Position numbers and translations under genes: made by a program. Below the pieces are notes generated by a model that was given only the letters and a program-made list of their open reading frames with translations, searched no databases and was not told the DNA's origin. Below, in pieces: positions 18,543-25,915 of a stretch of DNA of 64,000 nt. This stretch comes from a virus. Taxonomy: Duplodnaviria > Caudoviricetes. The stretch covers positions 64,001-128,000 of IMG/VR virus record IMGVR_UViG_3300046318_000439; one strand, 5' to 3'. The stretch's first letter is position 1; every line of letters begins with the position of its first letter.

Positions 18543-18571
18543 ATTATCACGTATTTCTCACAAAAAGGCAA
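18543..18571 (-). promoter_or_regulatory. Early sigma70-type promoter TTGCCT-N17-GATAAT
   Basis: 17-bp spacing; upstream of DUF932 gene. Confidence 0.65.
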
Positions 18572-18756
18572 CAGGCTAGAAAAGCGCGTAGTTACGTACC
18601 CTATTAACCTCTTTCAAAATAACGTCGCATTCCTCTGGTTTTAAGTCCCCGGATTTTTTCTGTTTTTCCACCTCACCAACAAGCGCCATCAGCAGCTTAG
18701 GCCGGTTTTTTAGTACATGGACGCTCGCAATAAAAAGGTCGCGACTTCTGCTCATA

Positions 18757-18969
18757 TTATAAGTTATCCTTCACATGCTGTATTATAAGAGCGGCTTCAA
18801 GCATATCGCTCTTAGCCACATAATTCTCGACTTCGTCAATAATAGATGAATATATCAGAGCATGGAGCTCAATCATCTCCTCTTCAGACAATCTCTCTAG
18901 TAAACGCTCACTCACCCATTTCTTAAGAGGGATCCCTTTGTAATGTGTAGGAGTTCTTTCTTCCATCAT
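18757..18969 (-). CDS. Hypothetical protein
   Basis: ORF overlapping neighbour by ATGA. Confidence 0.65.
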   Translation of the reverse strand: MMEERTPTHYKGIPLKKWVSERLLERLSEEEMIELHALIYSSIIDEVENYVAKSDMLEAALIIQHVKDNL

Positions 18970-19202
18970 TCACCTTTCGGTAACGTGTTGTGATTATCAT
19001 TATATAGACCCATTGCCTCTGCATCACGAGACATCATTTCTAATACAATACGTCCTGCTGTTAGTTGATAGAATCTTCTCAGATCCGTTTCATTGCCAAT
19101 CACTACATGCCAGTTATTTGCTTTGTCAAGAGAAACAACAAACCCTGCTTCCTTAGCAATCTGCAACAACCCCTCTGTAGTCTCAAACCTTTTGTCTGTC
19201 AT
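18966..19202 (-). CDS. Hypothetical protein
   Basis: Translationally coupled ORF. Confidence 0.65.
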   Translation of the reverse strand: MTDKRFETTEGLLQIAKEAGFVVSLDKANNWHVVIGNETDLRRFYQLTAGRIVLEMMSRDAEAMGLYNDNHNTLPKGE

Positions 19203-19384
19203 TACATCATCTCCATGTCTACTACCTGCTTGGCTACGTGGTAATGCTTTGAAGAAACAACTCCCAATGTGTCCTCAATCATTTGATAGGCAGACAACCA
19301 ATTCTTATATGGGCCTGCAACATACTCATATTGATCACTCTTTGAGAATGACTTCACCACATAGTACAATTCAATCTTCTTCAT
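19202..19384 (-). CDS. Hypothetical protein
   Basis: Translationally coupled ORF with GGAG RBS. Confidence 0.6.
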   Translation of the reverse strand: MKKIELYYVVKSFSKSDQYEYVAGPYKNWLSAYQMIEDTLGVVSSKHYHVAKQVVDMEMM

Positions 19385-19452
19385 AATATAAACTCCAGTG
19401 GATTATTACCGACGTTTCCTATAATACAGGAAAACGCAATATTAGGCAACCG

Positions 19453-19539
19453 CCCCGTAAAAAAATTTCAATGGCGCGTGAATGTTGAATTCCGGATTGC
19501 ATTTTTGTCTGGGTCCCCCCGCAAAAAAATTTCAGATGG
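19453..19539. repeat. Direct repeat CCCCG(T/C)AAAAAAATTTCA x2, 64-bp spacing, in non-coding DNA
   Basis: Copies start at 19453 and 19517. Confidence 0.8.
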
Positions 19540-19617
19540 GGAAGGGATTGGACTTCGTTGTATATACGCGTCCGGCGTGTTCTGATCCCGAAATAAAAAA
19601 TACCCCCCTATGCCTTC

Positions 19618-19881
19618 TCAGACACCGAGTCCCATCCCAGCAAAACAGAAGTCATTCGCCTTTTTCAGCATCCTGTCCTTATTCATCGCTGTTTCGATTG
19701 AATTGATGATTGCATCCTTCGTTGGCTTGTTCCCACCACCAGACTCCACTAAGGCAATACAATACTGTCTGAACTGTTCCATGCCCATATCACTATACGC
19801 TTGATAAAGAGAACGTAAACCATCTTCACCAATAGTGTCGTTCTTTAATCTGCTCTTACTGCTAGACTGTGTATCATACAT
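19618..19881 (-). CDS. Hypothetical protein
   Basis: ATG 19881 overlaps upstream stop (ATGTATGA). Confidence 0.65.
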   Translation of the reverse strand: MYDTQSSSKSRLKNDTIGEDGLRSLYQAYSDMGMEQFRQYCIALVESGGGNKPTKDAIINSIETAMNKDRMLKKANDFCFAGMGLGV

Positions 19882-20167
19882 GCTTACATACTCCTCTATA
19901 CTTGAACCCTGGACATGTGCACTTATTATCATGCACGTAATATACATCGCCCTTAGAACCAATCACCTTTTTATCGTACTCTACTTCTTCTAGGATTTCT
20001 GCCTTATTAAACTTACGGCCACGAATATCGAATCTGATCGGCTGTTTGAAAGTAGTCTCTTCACCATTAGAAGCCTTGATATACCCATAACACTTTGATA
20101 AATCAGCGGATAGCTTATACGTGTGATTTGGCCACTCCCAATCAGTCACCTCTACTGCTAATATCAT
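19874..20167 (-). CDS. SWIM zinc-finger protein
   Basis: C-terminal CTCPGFKYRGVCKH (CxC...CxH). Confidence 0.8.
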   Translation of the reverse strand: MILAVEVTDWEWPNHTYKLSADLSKCYGYIKASNGEETTFKQPIRFDIRGRKFNKAEILEEVEYDKKVIGSKGDVYYVHDNKCTCPGFKYRGVCKHV

Positions 20168-20361
20168 GACGCGAAAATATCCTTGCTTAGAATTTCGTCT
20201 TCTACCAACTGATTACATGCATTCAATGTCATCTGAAAAATCATGTAAGCATTCGCCTTTTCTTGAGCAGGTAATCTTTCGATTTGTTCAGCAATCACCT
20301 CTAATGTTGGTGTCACAAAAAGGTTTGACCTTGGGATTGGATTTTCAACTGTGTTATACAT
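20164..20361 (-). CDS. Hypothetical protein
   Basis: Coupled ORF. Confidence 0.65.
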   Translation of the reverse strand: MYNTVENPIPRSNLFVTPTLEVIAEQIERLPAQEKANAYMIFQMTLNACNQLVEDEILSKDIFAS

Positions 20362-20573
20362 TATACTAACTCCTCTTCTTCACAAGTAGCTACTACCTCT
20401 AAACTATCACCAGCTTGCATGAAACTAGCAAAGTCTCTCATCGCGAACATTAGATTGTTATCATAATCATCAGAACCTTCTAAACCTAAATCATATGAAC
20501 CAATCACACAACCTGTACTACCCTTCATAATCAATTTCATTTTCATTCCCTTTTCTTCACTTGATGTAATCAT
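20361..20573 (-). CDS. Hypothetical protein (true start probably about 20546)
   Basis: Follows early promoter and GAAAAGGGAA RBS. Confidence 0.6.
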   Translation of the reverse strand: MITSSEEKGMKMKLIMKGSTGCVIGSYDLGLEGSDDYDNNLMFAMRDFASFMQAGDSLEVVATCEEEELV

Positions 20574-20603
20574 TGTCCCTTTTTATCACAAAAAGGTCAA
20601 CTG

Positions 20604-20837
20604 TTAATCCCAACTTTTCTTACCACCGAATTCTTCGTTCCAATCGTAACCAGCTAGGTAAGCATCACGCTCTTCATCAGTTAATTCAGTAATCGCTTCT
20701 GTATCATAACTACCACCAACGTAGTAATGTGGCTTACGAGGACGGTCATACCAACTATCAGCTGAACCACGGTCAAACGGGCCACCATGACGGTTATCGT
20801 ATAACACACCTTTGTATAACGTTACATTATCAATCAT
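20604..20837 (-). CDS. Hypothetical phage protein
   Basis: HGGPFDRGSADSWYDR...YLAGY motif; own promoter and RBS. Confidence 0.75.
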   Translation of the reverse strand: MIDNVTLYKGVLYDNRHGGPFDRGSADSWYDRPRKPHYYVGGSYDTEAITELTDEERDAYLAGYDWNEEFGGKKSWD

Positions 20838-20924
20838 CTTATTCCCTTTCTTTAACTTATGAATCTATTATCCGGGTTTATGACAAAAAGGTCAACAGGG
20901 CAGATCCTATCGATTATACAGGAA

Positions 20925-20958
20925 AAAAAGAACCCCGGTCCAACGAAGGTACCGGGGT
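20925..20958 (-). terminator. Rho-independent terminator
   Basis: CCCCGGT-accttcgttgg-ACCGGGG stem followed by TTCTTTTTTT. Confidence 0.8.
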
Positions 20959-21079
20959 GTGAAGGCCTTGTTTTTTAACAAGACTAGGGGAAAGGTGGTG
21001 GTAATGTGATGTATTGCAACATCCTCTTGACTGCTGCTACAGTCTTTCAGCCTAGCGTCAAGGCATCCTACTTGGCATC

Positions 21080-21146
21080 ACCATATTGAAGCACACGGGC
21101 CTCTGATCAGACTTATAACGCCTAAGCCGATGTGCTTCAATATGGT
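21080..21146. repeat. Hairpin 1: 16-bp stem, 35-nt loop, shares the tRNA CCA end
   Basis: CCATATTGAAGCACA (21081) / TGTGCTTCAATATGG (21131). Confidence 0.85.
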
Positions 21147-21219
21147 AACCTGTACGGGATTCGAACCTGTGAATGCCACCGTGAAAGGGTGGTGACTTAA
21201 GCCACTTGTCGAACAGGTT
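21143..21219 (-). tRNA. tRNA-Glu (TTC)
   Basis: Cloverleaf AACCTGT/ACAGGTT, anticodon loop CTTTCAC, GGTTCGAATCC, encoded CCA. Confidence 0.95.
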
Positions 21220-21226
21220 ATATTAC

Positions 21227-21291
21227 CATATTGAAGTACACTATCTCTACTTAAAGTTTATCGCTAGCGACACACAATGTACTTCAATATG
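21227..21291. repeat. Hairpin 2: 14-bp stem, 37-nt loop
   Basis: CATATTGAAGTACA (21227) / TGTACTTCAATATG (21278); compensatory change relative to hairpin 1. Confidence 0.85.
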
Positions 21292-21390
21292 TGCTCGTTT
21301 GCGAATCATCCCGATTGGCTTAGAGCTTTGCAGTCATCACCTGCATGTCTTTACGCTTCCCAGCGATAGACTACGATGTACGAATGAATC

Positions 21391-21531
21391 TTACGAGGCC
21401 AACTCGCCTTTAAAGTAAACACGAACCGTGCCTGGAGCTGACGGACTAACTAAAACTGCTTCAGTCGTCTCACAGTAAGTGTCACGCTCTGTTGCAAATA
21501 ACACGAATGATGCGATTGCTGCTGATTCCAT
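21391..21531 (-). CDS. Small hypothetical protein (46 aa)
   Basis: MESAAIASFVLFATERDTYC...GELAS*; AAGGAG RBS and own promoter. Confidence 0.6.
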   Translation of the reverse strand: MESAAIASFVLFATERDTYCETTEAVLVSPSAPGTVRVYFKGELAS

Positions 21532-21565
21532 ATTCTTTCTCCTTAACAAAACCATTATCTAACAT

Positions 21566-21736
21566 TTAAACGAATAAGTCAACACTCTCGAGTTCAGAAG
21601 AACGAATCTCCAACAACTCCTTATTCGCATCTTCAATTGCTTCAGGAGAATCCAAATACTCCTGATACTCCAACTCAGCACAGTATGCCTCGTAACCAGC
21701 TGTGTCTTCAATTTGAATATCGTCGAATGAGTCCAT
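21566..21736 (-). CDS. Small acidic protein (56 aa)
   Basis: MDSFDDIQIEDTAGYEAYCAE...; own promoter and GAAAGGG RBS. Confidence 0.65.
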   Translation of the reverse strand: MDSFDDIQIEDTAGYEAYCAELEYQEYLDSPEAIEDANKELLEIRSSELESVDLFV

Positions 21737-21790
21737 TTTGTTTCCCTTTCAATTTAATATAATTCATTATCCCGAAAAAGTACAAAAAGG

Positions 21791-22060
21791 TCAACTGCTC
21801 AAATTCATCACACGACCTGGATATTCCATGAAGTCAACTCTCCAAGGAACGAACACTGTCTGACCAACACGACTATGTTTACCTTTTGGTTGCTCTTCAC
21901 CACCATACACATCTTTAGTCACGGTAATCTTATATGACTGAAAGTACTCTTCATTGCAGTTTACAATCTCAACAATACCTTCTACGAAACAATCACCACG
22001 ACCGTCCATTGGTTTGAAGTCGTAAGATCTGATTTTATCGCCTTTTTTCACTTGTAACAT
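21791..22060 (-). CDS. Hypothetical phage protein
   Basis: KGDKIRSYDFKPM...CFVEG; own promoter and RBS. Confidence 0.75.
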   Translation of the reverse strand: MLQVKKGDKIRSYDFKPMDGRGDCFVEGIVEIVNCNEEYFQSYKITVTKDVYGGEEQPKGKHSRVGQTVFVPWRVDFMEYPGRVMNLSS

Positions 22061-22141
22061 TTTGTTTCCCTTTCTTCACTGTATGGATACAGTATCCCGG
22101 AAAAAGGACAAAAGGTCAACAGGGCCAAAAGGCCCTATTAA

Positions 22142-22414
22142 TCAACGATTTACATTCAAGCTTGGCTCACGTTGCTCGATCATATCGCGCTCATGGTCGC
22201 GAGCTTCACGTTGAGTTTTGAATTCTGCTAACAAAACTGTGTAGAAACTCTTGAACCCATCGCGTGCAATTGCTCTAGATAGTGGCGTATGTGTTCTATC
22301 CCCACATTTCGCGTGGGATTTATGACGAGCCATACGAGCTTTGAGATCTCCAGTCATGCCGATGTACGATTGACGTGGGTTCTTTGAGTTAATTAATTGA
22401 TAAACAGCGTACAT
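22142..22414 (-). CDS. Small GIY-YIG nuclease-domain protein
   Basis: YAVYQLINSKN...SYIGMT..LKARMARH...E. Confidence 0.8.
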   Translation of the reverse strand: MYAVYQLINSKNPRQSYIGMTGDLKARMARHKSHAKCGDRTHTPLSRAIARDGFKSFYTVLLAEFKTQREARDHERDMIEQREPSLNVNR

Positions 22415-22878
22415 TATACAGCCTCCTTAGCAGTTTGTGTTGCTAAAAAGTTCTTAGCATTGTGAAAATACGTCGTTGCACCAGCTTTTGACATACTCAA
22501 TTCAGTCATAATCGCTTCGATGGCCACAGATTTGTCTGTAGTACCGAGTTTCTGCACGATTTCATACGCTTTTGCTTGCTTAGTACCGGCCTTAGCGCCA
22601 CGTAATACGCGCGTTGAACTAACTTTCATACCTACTGCTTCGATTTTCATGCTCATTTTGCTTCCTTTTTCACGTTTAATTGGTGTTACTACTGTTAACT
22701 CTTTGTCTTTAGTGGGTTTTTTCTTCTTATCAGCTGGATAACCAGGATATGTTGAAGTCATGTCACGTGTATTGTCCATCAACCACTCGTTATAATGCTT
22801 CAATCTATCTGTTAACTCTTGCTGATGAGGGTCACTATTACGGACTACCACTTCATCTTTCACTCTATTCTTCTTCAT
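22414..22878 (-). CDS. Hypothetical protein
   Basis: ORF track; C-terminal MSKAGATTYFHN helix motif. Confidence 0.65.
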   Translation of the reverse strand: MKKNRVKDEVVVRNSDPHQQELTDRLKHYNEWLMDNTRDMTSTYPGYPADKKKKPTKDKELTVVTPIKREKGSKMSMKIEAVGMKVSSTRVLRGAKAGTKQAKAYEIVQKLGTTDKSVAIEAIMTELSMSKAGATTYFHNAKNFLATQTAKEAV

Positions 22879-23428
22879 ATATTCCTTTCATGGCAGCGTC
22901 ATAAGCTTCGAGTTGTTCTACTTCCTCTCTGGTTTCTAATATCTCACTAATACCCCACAGCTCATCCATGTACTCCGGAACATCCTCGCCAATCTCATAA
23001 CAGTCATCATCACCATTATTCCACTGGCCTACGAAATTCATTCCAGGCTCGAAGTAATCGAGTACTACTGAATCAAAACCATGGCCGCCCAGCTTCTCAA
23101 TTAAAGCTATCGGTGGACTCCATGCTGTATCGAATGAAGCTATGATGTAGCCAGGGCCTTCCTCTTGAATGACACCACCACTGATGTCCCACTTCGTTCC
23201 CCACTCAGCCACACTGAATGAGTACCAGTCTGCATATCCATACTTCTCAATCAAGGCCTCCGCCTTCGGAGCATCTTGTGGTCGTGTAGGGGAAGTAGTA
23301 TCTCTCAACTCGCCTGGCATAGAGAAGAATGCATCACACAGCCTGTCATTCTCGATAGCAGTCTTCGCACGTTCCACTAACCCTTGAGGGCCTTCTAGTC
23401 TCAAATAGTTATTGCACCAGTTAGGCAT
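22865..23428 (-). CDS. DUF1281/YubB ferredoxin-like domain protein
   Basis: MPNWCNN, WGTKWD, FDTAWSPPI, YFEPGMNFVG motifs. Confidence 0.8.
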   Translation of the reverse strand: MPNWCNNYLRLEGPQGLVERAKTAIENDRLCDAFFSMPGELRDTTSPTRPQDAPKAEALIEKYGYADWYSFSVAEWGTKWDISGGVIQEEGPGYIIASFDTAWSPPIALIEKLGGHGFDSVVLDYFEPGMNFVGQWNNGDDDCYEIGEDVPEYMDELWGISEILETREEVEQLEAYDAAMKGIYEEE

Positions 23429-23732
23429 CAGCTGTCTCCTCGAATGAATCTACAATAGCATCCAACACTTCTTGTACTCTCTCAGATTCTGCTGTGTACA
23501 TTACATACTCACCATACTGCTTCACAAACTCTGAATCGATATACTCAAAGCCACCATAGTAATCTAAACTACGACGACGGTCAGCTGGAATAATAATACA
23601 TTCATAGTTGTACCAGAATAGACCAATTGCTCTCTTATCCAAACCAGTCGTTCTTGGTTCACCCTGCTTACAGTTCTTGTCGATAAAATCTTCAACAACC
23701 GTATTCACTTTATCATCTAAATCCATAATCAT
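23421..23732 (-). CDS. Hypothetical protein
   Basis: Own promoter and RBS. Confidence 0.65.
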   Translation of the reverse strand: MIMDLDDKVNTVVEDFIDKNCKQGEPRTTGLDKRAIGLFWYNYECIIIPADRRRSLDYYGGFEYIDSEFVKQYGEYVMYTAESERVQEVLDAIVDSFEETADA

Positions 23733-23786
23733 AATAATTCCCTTTCTTCACTTTATAAACCATTGTCCCTTATTTTGACAAAAAGG

Positions 23787-24029
23787 TCAACTGGCCTCAA
23801 ACAGCTCGTCAATTGCAGCTCTATTGAACGGAAACTCACGACGACGTTCAATCTCAGACTCTAATAGTGTCAAATATACTTCATCCGTCACTGACTTAGA
23901 TTGTAGTTCAGAATACAACTGATATGTTCTCACCAAATACTCATCTGACAAGTCAGTAGGATGTTTAGTCATACCAGATTCGAATCTTTCTTGAATAACT
24001 GCTTTACTCATCATCAAACACCTCTTCAA
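23787..24029 (-). CDS. Hypothetical protein
   Basis: Stop TGA lies in the next -35 box. Confidence 0.6.
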   Translation of the reverse strand: MKRCLMMSKAVIQERFESGMTKHPTDLSDEYLVRTYQLYSELQSKSVTDEVYLTLLESEIERRREFPFNRAAIDELFEAS

Positions 24030-24177
24030 ATTCGTTCATAATCAACATATCTTCAATCATATCAAAAGTCATATAACCAAGACAGGCCAACAACATTGTA
24101 CGAGCATCAATCATTCCTACATCTACCAACTCAATCGCTCTATCACGAGGATTGATATTCACTTCTGTATAACTCAT
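24004..24177 (-). CDS. Small hypothetical protein (57 aa)
   Basis: MSYTEVNINPRDRAIELVDVGMIDARTMLLACLGYM...; own promoter and RBS. Confidence 0.65.
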   Translation of the reverse strand: MSYTEVNINPRDRAIELVDVGMIDARTMLLACLGYMTFDMIEDMLIMNEFEEVFDDE

Positions 24178-24233
24178 TTTCACCCTTTCTTCAACTTATG
24201 AACCATTGTCCCATAAAAAGGTCAAAAGGTCAA

Positions 24234-24527
24234 CTAGAATGAAAACCGCGAGTAGTAGCGGATTGGAGTGCGTTCTAAATGCGAGCTTTTGTATTTCAGC
24301 TCTTTTCCGAACTTTTGCTGATATGCCTGCATAAACGTAGCAGCATCACAATCTTCTTCCAAATAGACAGTATCACCCTTCATATATGAGTATGGTGTGA
24401 TTCTCTCCAACACGTCCAAGAAGACGAGCTCAGATCTCTTAACAGCCAACCAACCATGGCCAGGGTCACAGTGGAAGATATATTGTTTCTTACTCATACG
24501 ATACTTGTAGTTATAGACAAATTTCAT
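24234..24527 (-). CDS. Hypothetical phage protein
   Basis: FHCDPGHGWLAV...YSY..GDTVYLEEDCDA motif. Confidence 0.75.
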   Translation of the reverse strand: MKFVYNYKYRMSKKQYIFHCDPGHGWLAVKRSELVFLDVLERITPYSYMKGDTVYLEEDCDAATFMQAYQQKFGKELKYKSSHLERTPIRYYSRFSF

Positions 24528-24712
24528 GACTCCTCCACATCAGCAAAGAATTCACGACCAACTTGCATGAATCTCATATAAGCTGAGATTTCATGTGGTT
24601 CGAAATCACCTAGATTATCACCCATGTACTGTACCGTCTCTAATACACCTTCGCCATGGTCTTTAGCTAATTGCTGGATGATCTCACATGCTCTAGCGAT
24701 ATCCATACTCAT
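24524..24712 (-). CDS. Hypothetical protein
   Basis: Coupled ORF. Confidence 0.65.
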   Translation of the reverse strand: MSMDIARACEIIQQLAKDHGEGVLETVQYMGDNLGDFEPHEISAYMRFMQVGREFFADVEES

Positions 24713-24927
24713 ACTACCTCCAAATTCATCATTTTAAAGTATCCATCATTACCAGGAAGCAAACAACCACTCAACTTCTTACCGTCCTGATCTGTAATCT
24801 CTTGAACCAACAACCAGGGAATTGTATCACCAGCAGCATTCAAGTCCAAGTTAATATTAGTCACCTTACCAGTAAGAGTACCAGCTTTAGCAACCCACTT
24901 TAATGTATTACCGATTTCAATCTTCAT
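24709..24927 (-). CDS. Hypothetical protein
   Basis: AAGGGG RBS. Confidence 0.65.
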   Translation of the reverse strand: MKIEIGNTLKWVAKAGTLTGKVTNINLDLNAAGDTIPWLLVQEITDQDGKKLSGCLLPGNDGYFKMMNLEVV

Positions 24928-24939
24928 CTTTACCCCTTA

Positions 24940-25107
24940 TTAGTAATTCGTAATCACATTTTCAATCAATTCAGCAATCAGATCTGAATTATACTCATAA
25001 GACTCAAAGTAAGACTGAATGTCAGCTTTTACAGTATCCAAATCCAACTCCATCTCATTACATAAAATCTGCAACTTCTTTTCATCAACATTAATTGTAA
25101 TATTCAT
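24940..25107 (-). CDS. Small hypothetical protein (55 aa)
   Basis: MNITINVDEKKLQILCNEMELD...; own promoter and RBS. Confidence 0.6.
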   Translation of the reverse strand: MNITINVDEKKLQILCNEMELDLDTVKADIQSYFESYEYNSDLIAELIENVITNY

Positions 25108-25198
25108 CTTTACCCCTTTTGTATTAATATATGACCAGTATCCGTTTTTTTAACAAAAAGGTCAACAGGCCTACAAACACCAGCAAGATCCGGAGGGG

Positions 25199-25271
25199 TT
25201 GACTTAATTACGTTTTTCTGGGAAAATGGTTTTAATGATTCGAACAGCATACTCTGGGGATGGACGTGGAG
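25199..25271 (+). repeat. Left (remnant) copy of promoter plus 35-nt transcript start
   Basis: TTGACT at 25199; 25237-25271 matches 25831-25865 at 29/35 nt, both 38 nt from their -35 box. Confidence 0.8.
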
Positions 25272-25282
25272 ATATGGTTTAT

Positions 25283-25290
25283 TATAAATA
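25283..25290 (+). promoter_or_regulatory. Late promoter TATAAATA of the HNH gene
   Basis: Exact consensus followed by AGGAGG and ATG 25308. Confidence 0.85.
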
Positions 25291-25307
25291 CCACAGGAGG
25301 ATGCAAA

Positions 25308-25796
25308 ATGAATGATAATGAACTGTATGAATTGTTCCATAGTAAGTACCGATATGAAGATGGTCAATTGATATCCAAACTAACTGGACAAGCAATCAAA
25401 AACAAAGCAACACGATATTTAAAATGTGAGCTTAAAATTAATGGTAAGACACACAACTTCAGAGTGCATAGAGTTATATTTCTGATGCATCATGGATATC
25501 TACCAACAATCGTCGATCACATCGACCGCGACATATACAATAACCGGATAGAGAATTTAAGAGCAGCTAGTCACAGTCAGAATAGCCAGAATCGCGGTGC
25601 GCAGTCAAACAACAAACTAGGTGTGAAGGGCGTATGTTTGAACACATCAAATAATGCCAAAAGCAAACCATACGCGGCCTTCATAAAAGCCAACGGCAAA
25701 AGATATCGAATCGGCTCTTTTGAAACCATCGAAGAGGCCTCTCGCGCTTATAACGACCATGCATCGTTGCATTTTGGTGAATTCAAGTCCAGTTGA
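25308..25796 (+). mobile_element. HNH homing endonuclease with AP2 DNA-binding domain
   Basis: VHRVIFLMHHG..P..VDHIDRDIYNNRIENLR, NNKLGVKGV, YAAFIKANGKRYRIGSFETIEEASRAY; opposite orientation to neighbours. Confidence 0.9.
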
Positions 25797-25821
25797 CCTT
25801 TTTGTCCTTTTCCCGGATAAT
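25793..25821 (+). promoter_or_regulatory. Early promoter TTGACC-N17-GATAAT overlapping the HNH stop
   Basis: HNH TGA (25794-25796) is inside the -35 box. Confidence 0.8.
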
Positions 25822-25827
25822 GATTAC

Positions 25828-25915
25828 ATAGATTTGAAGAGCTAACTCTCGGAATGGACGTGGAGGGTGGCCAACGATTCCTGGGTGCGCGAAAATTGGA
25901 GTCGGCTCTCCCACA
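25828..25915 (+). ncRNA. Candidate small structured RNA (alternatively 21-aa ORF 25855-25920)
   Basis: Stems AGAGCTAACTC/GAGTCGGCTCT and GGAAT/ATTCC; bracketed by convergent promoters. Confidence 0.5.

Noticed and set aside
22142-22414. Third target-restoring cassette at the small GIY-YIG gene
   Set aside because: No late promoter or flanking diverged duplication seen.
25260-25307. MDVEIWF N-terminal extension of the HNH
   Set aside because: It comes from the remnant repeat. The late promoter and AGGAGG point to ATG 25308.
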